Positions 35,046 through 41,187 of a DNA stretch of 41,187 nt are shown piece after piece. The first letter of the stretch is position 1; each line of letters opens with the position of its first letter. The DNA is from Selaginella moellendorffii. Lineage: Eukaryota; Plantae; Lycopodiophyta. The stretch is from assembly GCF_000143415.4 (NCBI RefSeq), contig NW_003314364.1, positions 606,592-647,778 of the forward strand, written 5' to 3'. Position numbers and translations under genes: made by a program. The notes under the pieces were generated by a model. That model was given only the letters and a program-made list of their open reading frames with translations. It did no database searches and was not told the DNA's origin.

Positions 35046-35836
35046 NNNNNNNNNNNNNNNNNNNNNNNNNNNNNNNNNNNNNNNNNNNNNNNNNNNNNNN
35101 NNNNNNNNNNNNNNNNNNNNNNNNNNNNNNNNNNNNNNNNNNNNNNNNNNNNNNNNNNNNNNNNNNNNNNNNNNNNNNNNNNNNNNNNNNNNNNNNNNNN
35201 NNNNNNNNNNNNNNNNNNNNNNNNNNNNNNNNNNNNNNNNNNNNNNNNNNNNNNNNNNNNNNNNNNNNNNNNNNNNNNNNNNNNNNNNNNNNNNNNNNNN
35301 NNNNNNNNNNNNNNNNNNNNNNNNNNNNNNNNNNNNNNNNNNNNNNNNNNNNNNNNNNNNNNNNNNNNNNNNNNNNNNNNNNNNNNNNNNNNNNNNNNNN
35401 NNNNNNNNNNNNNNNNNNNNNNNNNNNNNNNNNNNNNNNNNNNNNNNNNNNNNNNNNNNNNNNNNNNNNNNNNNNNNNNNNNNNNNNNNNNNNNNNNNNN
35501 NNNNNNNNNNNNNNNNNNNNNNNNNNNNNNNNNNNNNNNNNNNNNNNNNNNNNNNNNNNNNNNNNNNNNNNNNNNNNNNNNNNNNNNNNNNNNNNNNNNN
35601 NNNNNNNNNNNNNNNNNNNNNNNNNNNNNNNNNNNNNNNNNNNNNNNNNNNNNNNNNNNNNNNNNNNNNNNNNNNNNNNNNNNNNNNNNNNNNNNNNNNN
35701 NNNNNNNNNNNNNNNNNNNNNNNNNNNNNNNNNNNNNNNNNNNNNNNNNNNNNNNNNNNNNNNNNNNNNNNNNNNNNNNNNNNNNNNNNNNNNNNNNNNN
35801 NNNNNNNNNNNNNNNNNNNNNNNNNNNNNNNNNNNN
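35046..35836. other. Assembly gap (N run)
   Basis: Run of Ns. Confidence 1.
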
Positions 35837-37780
35837 GGTCGCTTGGTAGAACACAAAAGCATACAAGGACAGAAGAAGCAGGCACGTCAAATATTTTATA
35901 GAGCAAATTTAATGTTGCTCTTTTATGGTACATCTCCAGAATATGCAATCAAATATGGACCACATTGCATCTTGCTTGGCAAGTTACAAAACGCTGAGAC
36001 ATAACCATACTTTCACGCTGTGCTAAACTTCTCTTGATCCAGGAATGTGCCTGTAGCTGATGATTTTTCTTTGATTTATGCATTTGGCTGATGGTGGAAT
36101 GTTTTGAAACTAGAAAATAAAATGAAAATTCCCAGTGACCGCAAATAAGAGCCACTTCAATCGAAAGGAGGCATTGGAAACGGCGTAAAGTGCTTACAGG
36201 GCACTTTATCCAAATTGGGAAGATCTTAAAACGTCGGCAAATAAAAAATGTAGCTCTTGTAGTGGACAGGTTCTAGCGCTCAGGGGCCAATTTGGAGTGT
36301 TTCTACTGGTATTTACCCAAGCATCTGAGTTGTCTAGCATTCAAGAACAAAGGACAAAAGTATTAGAAATCCCATAAACACTGGTCACTTGCCACCTAAG
36401 ATTTTGGTGATGGAGACATTGTAGTGTTTCATGTCCATCACCAGTGACGATTGTCTGAAATAGCAGCTTGTCAGGCAAAAAGGACTGAAGGAAACCTTCA
36501 GCTTACCACCAGGAGACATGGCGAGGTATAACACTCTCTGTGTGTGTTTCTGTGTGTTTCTTTCTGTGTGTTGTCAGCTAAATGGTCAATAAAAAACAAA
36601 TGGTGTCATCGCTCTTTGTCTGAGCAAAGAGAAGTTTAAGCTTTCTTTGGTCATGGTTGGATATCTCCAGACAGGTAGCCATGGGTGCTCGGTCACATTT
36701 TCGACCACATGAGATTGCAGTAGACGCTCCAGAATTTAGTAAGTCCGAGTTCAACGACGTATCTTACGCAGCTGTTCCACCACCAGAGGTTAATATCCCG
36801 TGTTAATGAGGTGACCATGAATGTGTCTAAATATGCAATATCAGGTAATCCTTCAGGGGGAAATCGTACCAGGTAAAGCTTTGTAATCCTTTAACTGAAT
36901 CAGTGTAGTTATGGGCAAAGATATTTTGGGCCTCAGTAATAGAAGTGTTCTCACCACAGCACGGAGCCCTCACTAGAATGGGAGAGGGAGTCGAAATTCC
37001 AGCTTTTTCTCTACAAAAGAGAGGTAAAGAAGCATTTCTTGTTCTGGAGACAAGACCTCCCTCCATTTTTTATTTTTGGGTTTGGATGAGTTCTGAGCGT
37101 TTTCTCTTTGCACATAATGAGTAACATTGACGATTACAGAACTTGTCTGTCCGAATTGACGATTATAAAGCTGTTTTCACTGTCTTGGAAACACTGTGGA
37201 GCCACTAATATAGACCAACAATCAGTGATGATTTGGAAGGTGCCCGAGGAGACCTGATGTCTGAAGACACTTGAGGCACACTACAGCCATAACAAACTAG
37301 CATTCGGCAGAAATCTTACACGGTATAGTGATGTTACTAAATGCGTCAATTTTCGATATAGGTCTTGTTATGGAGTTTAGGAATGAAACTCTCAAGAACT
37401 TACCCAGCTTGTATTGCATCCGCTCGAGCCAAAAGGGAGTCGCCTGAAATATTCTGGACCTTGCAATAATAGATTCCTTCTCAAATTGCAGCTCCTTGAA
37501 ATGAAACTGATCCTCCAAATAGGAGCCAGCGACTGAAGGTAAAAAGCTAGACAAACAGCTGCTCTTTGAAAGAAATTGAGATACAACGCGGCCACAATTG
37601 AGACAGAAGTCATTTTGGAAAAGAATATTTGTCTCACAGGTGACAAAGATTTGGAGTGTATAACACTCTGTCGTCAATTGTTTTCCCTGAGTCCAGTGTT
37701 TTCCATGAAATTGCCTGCAAAAGAGACTATTCACTCTTATAATATAATATAGAAATATTTAATGGCGCACCATAAATCCA

Positions 37781-39927
37781 CTATGCTAAAAGCATGGAAT
37801 TCGGCAGTCGTTGGGGACTATTTTCTTGGGCGAACCCAAGCAACATCATCAACCATATTGGCAAAGGTACCAATGACCAAGGTGACCACGTTGATCTTTC
37901 AGTATGATTATCCTCAGCTACGCCCAGAGCCAATAAGAGCCATCCTGGCAGAGGCAGCAATGCTCTGGGAGGCGAATATGTTTCTCCAAACATGAAAAGC
38001 ACGTTCTGCATACTTGGTCGTTCCTCCGGCAACTCGTTTGTGCAGATTAAACCGATTCTTGTGCACCTAGTCATCTGATCAAAATACTCCACCCGTCTCA
38101 CGTCATCTCCGAGTTGTGGATCAAAAATGGATCTCACACTACGTGGAAATGCTTGTCTAACGAGGCCCGGAAGACCACCCTGTGATGCATCTGCGTCACA
38201 TGGTCTTATACCAGTCACAATTTCGAGCAACAACGTTCCAAAGCTATAAACTTCTCCAGGCAATGTACGATTACCTGACAAACACTCTGCTCTATCCTTA
38301 CAACACAAACAAAACTGAATGACTGAAGAGGAGGAGAGCAGAGAGGGAGAGCAAGATCAACGAACCTGGTGCCGTATAGCCTATTGAACCACTAAAAGGT
38401 GTCTTGGTATTATCTTCAGGTTTTGCTTTTGCCAAGCGAAAGTCAGTCAAGCGAGCATTGTAATCGTCATCCAGCAAGACACTTGAAGCCTTGGTTTCCC
38501 AGAACATGGGGTGACGTTTTCCTTTCCACTCTCCATGCAAATAAGCCAGTGCTTGTGCTATTCCTGCTGCAATATCTATCCTCGAGCTCCAATGTAAAGA
38601 GCTTCCACTCTGATGTAATTTTATGTCTAAAGTTCCATTCGGAACGTATTGGAGCACAAGAACTTTCAACCTTTTGGTACAGCAAGTACCATAAACTCGA
38701 ACAATATTTGGGTGCTTGACGTTTATCAATATTCTTCTTTCTTTATCAAATTTCTTCACATTGCCGCCATAGTATTCTGGTCGTAATCGTTTCACAGCAA
38801 CAATTCTGCCACTCGTAAAAACTCCCTTATACACTGCACAATATCCTCCTACGCCGATCAGGTTGCTATTGTTGAAGTCGTCCGTAATTTTAATTATAGT
38901 TCTCTTGGCATAGTCACCAGGCGGGAACATCCATTGATAAAAGTACCAAAGGCCCACCGCTGCCAGTAGCGGAAAAAAGGCGCTCAAAAAGTTTTTAGCC
39001 CAAAAGGGAAATCCTGGACATTTTTTACCGATGACTTGCCCACAAAGTAGAGGATTGCCAAGAAACGCCTCAGGAGCAAATTTTTTCATTACGGTCGAAT
39101 ATGGTATTTCCCCACTTAATGAGTTGTTCTCAACGGAGAAGAATTTCAATGGGCATCGAGCAAGAGGCTTGGGGATTTTGCCCTCCAGAGTGTTGAAGGA
39201 GAGATTGACATGGGTAAGCTTGCCATATTTTCCCAGCTGCTTGGGAATGTCGTCCCCGAGTAGATTCTCGTTGAGGCTCAAAACTAATAAGCTAGCTAAC
39301 TTGGCGTAGCTCGACGGGATGGCCCTTCANNNNNNNNNNNNNNNNNNNNNNNNNNNNNNNNNNNNNNNNNNNNNNNNNNNNNNNNNNNNNNNNNNNNNNN
39401 NNNNNNNNNNNNNNNNNNNNNNNNNNNNNNNNNNNNNNNNNNNNNNNNNNNNNNNNNNNNNNNNNNNNNNNNNNNNNNNNNNNNNNNNNNNNNNNNNNNN
39501 NNNNNNNNNNNNNNNNNNNNNNNNNNNNNNNNNNNNNNNNNNNNNNNNNNNNNNNNNNNNNNNNNNNNNNNNNNNNNNNNNNTACGGGAACTCCTCCCAT
39601 GAACTCGTTATTGCTGATGTCGAAGCTGACCACCTGAGTCAAGTTGGCAACAGCGATTGAGACGATACCACGTAGCCTCGTTTTCTCAAGCGCTACAGAC
39701 ACCACTCTGAAGGCACCGCCACTGTCACATGTAATGCCTGTAAAGCTGCAAGCGCTAGAGCCAATGCCACCAGGGATGTTCCACGTACTGAAAATATTTA
39801 GCGGGTCCAGCCAGATGGTGCTTTTGAACTCCAAGAGGGCTTGAGCATCAGCCAGGCTAGCAGCATCTTGAGCAGTCACAAGGGTTCCAAATATAAATGG
39901 AGCTAGAAACCAAACACGAAATTGCAT
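37781..39927 (-). CDS. LRR receptor-like kinase (LRR-XII-like), probable pseudokinase; contains assembly gap 39330-39582
   Basis: It has a signal peptide, an LRRNT (ALLEFK...W...CSFTGITC), LxLSxNxLxGxIP repeats, the GNPLLCG cap and a TM helix. Kinase motifs are IGVGGYCAVYKG, VAVKRL and GSIGYTAPE. An intron lies at 38287-38365. Confidence 0.92.
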
Positions 39928-41187
39928 TGTTTCAAAGCACTATTCAAATATCATTGCTTCGGCCACGCATTGACTTTATATCACTGTTATAGAGTAGGTA
40001 TCGAAGCGGTTACCTTTTTGTTTTTCTAAATTTCCTGCACATTTGGACATTAAGAACCCTTTGGGAGCTCAGACGCATGTTCGAGGTTAAACACGTGGCT
40101 TGTCCTCTCGCGTTCGATCTTTGCCAGAATTTTGACATAATAATAAAATGAAATCACCACAGAGCTACATGAAAAAAGAAAGAAAAAAGAAAAACACAGG
40201 CACAGAGACACACACACGGGGGGGGGGGGCGCATCTTGTCCTTCTTCGGAGTCTGCTCGCAGATCTCTGTTGACTAGGGATCGAGCGACCGATCGCTTCA
40301 CACTTAAGGCCAGCACGGGTAGAGGATACCATACTACGAAATTATATGTTCGTAAAAAAATGAGAGTTTGCACTTCAGCCAAAACACGAACAGCAAAATC
40401 TACCAGCTTATATTTTCTAAGAAAAACAGGGCAGATGCACTGAGCCCGGGTTGGAGCTCCCTGTTGTTTAGCTTAGATTAATAGCACTGAGTCGTAGAGT
40501 CTTTATACTTTCATCTTGAATCCTGTAGTGATACAACCACTACAAATCCACAAAATGGAGAAAGATAATTCTGATCAGAATAGGATTAACAAACATATCA
40601 CATTTTAATAAATGGTACCATACGCAGCCATAGGCAGGTCACAAATACTCAAAAGAAACTGATGAAGATAAGAAGAAGTGCATAGAAAGAAAACTGAGCA
40701 GCTCTTCTCACAATCTTTATATGGCCCTTTGTTTAAATCTTGATATCTAGAAATTGAGAGAAATGCATTTGGTTTAAGGAATTTGGCATAGCAGCACACG
40801 GTTCATTTGTCTTGCTATCTTCTGAAGCATGTTGTTGCAAGGTAAATCGAGAGATAGCGTGAGAAGAGGCTAGCTGCGTTTCTTATTTCATATCATCAGC
40901 ACTTGCGTAACAGCAAGAAAAAGCCTTATTTCTGAAAAACTCTGAGAAGCCAAGGGCAATTGCAGGTGCTGGAATGCACAGTTTGTCTTTTCTCAAAACC
41001 TGTAGCTTCAATTTTAAAACACCACCACGTTGTATGATGCCATTGACAATAGCCAGTGATTTCATTTTGGGTTCTTCCTGACATCCTTCTTAACAAAACA
41101 AACCATCAGTCACTACCAGTTTTTTTCTTCCAATCTCTCTCAGCAGAGCTGGGATCCTCACATCCATTTGTTCACTTATACTTTTTT

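Noticed and set aside
34951-36004. Long ORFs in the ORF track
   Set aside because: These are artefacts of the N gap.
37297-37734. 145 aa ORF downstream of the RLK as an integrated extra domain
   Set aside because: No recognisable domain or convincing splice link to the RLK.

Overview
Eukaryotic land-plant DNA, probably from a seed-free plant such as a Selaginella-like lycophyte. This is inferred from an epsilon-tubulin gene, very short 40-60 nt introns and TTTAGGG repeats. The centrepiece is a 13.3 kb DNA transposon (3938-17230) with ~27 bp terminal inverted repeats (TIRs) and a 4-bp TTTA target-site duplication (TSD). It carries two divergent genes. The first is a ~1020 aa Sola-like DDD transposase. 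The second is an ~11-exon, ~1600 aa accessory gene that appears to combine a ParB/Srx-like domain, a degenerate N4/N6 DNA-methyltransferase-like fold, an acidic tract and an FCP1/HAD phosphatase domain. About 25 copies of a 22-bp palindrome (ATGGCRTG-N6-CAYGCCAT) are scattered through the element, in introns, UTRs and even coding sequence, and I see no clear copy outside it. This suggests a transposon-encoded ParB/parS-like self-recognition system, which is a hypothesis. The rest of the window holds decayed Ty3/gypsy elements, a 1.35 kb inverted duplication that cuts off the 5' end of an epsilon-tubulin gene, and an LRR receptor-like pseudokinase. There are two assembly gaps. Domain calls come from motif recognition by eye, not from database searches.
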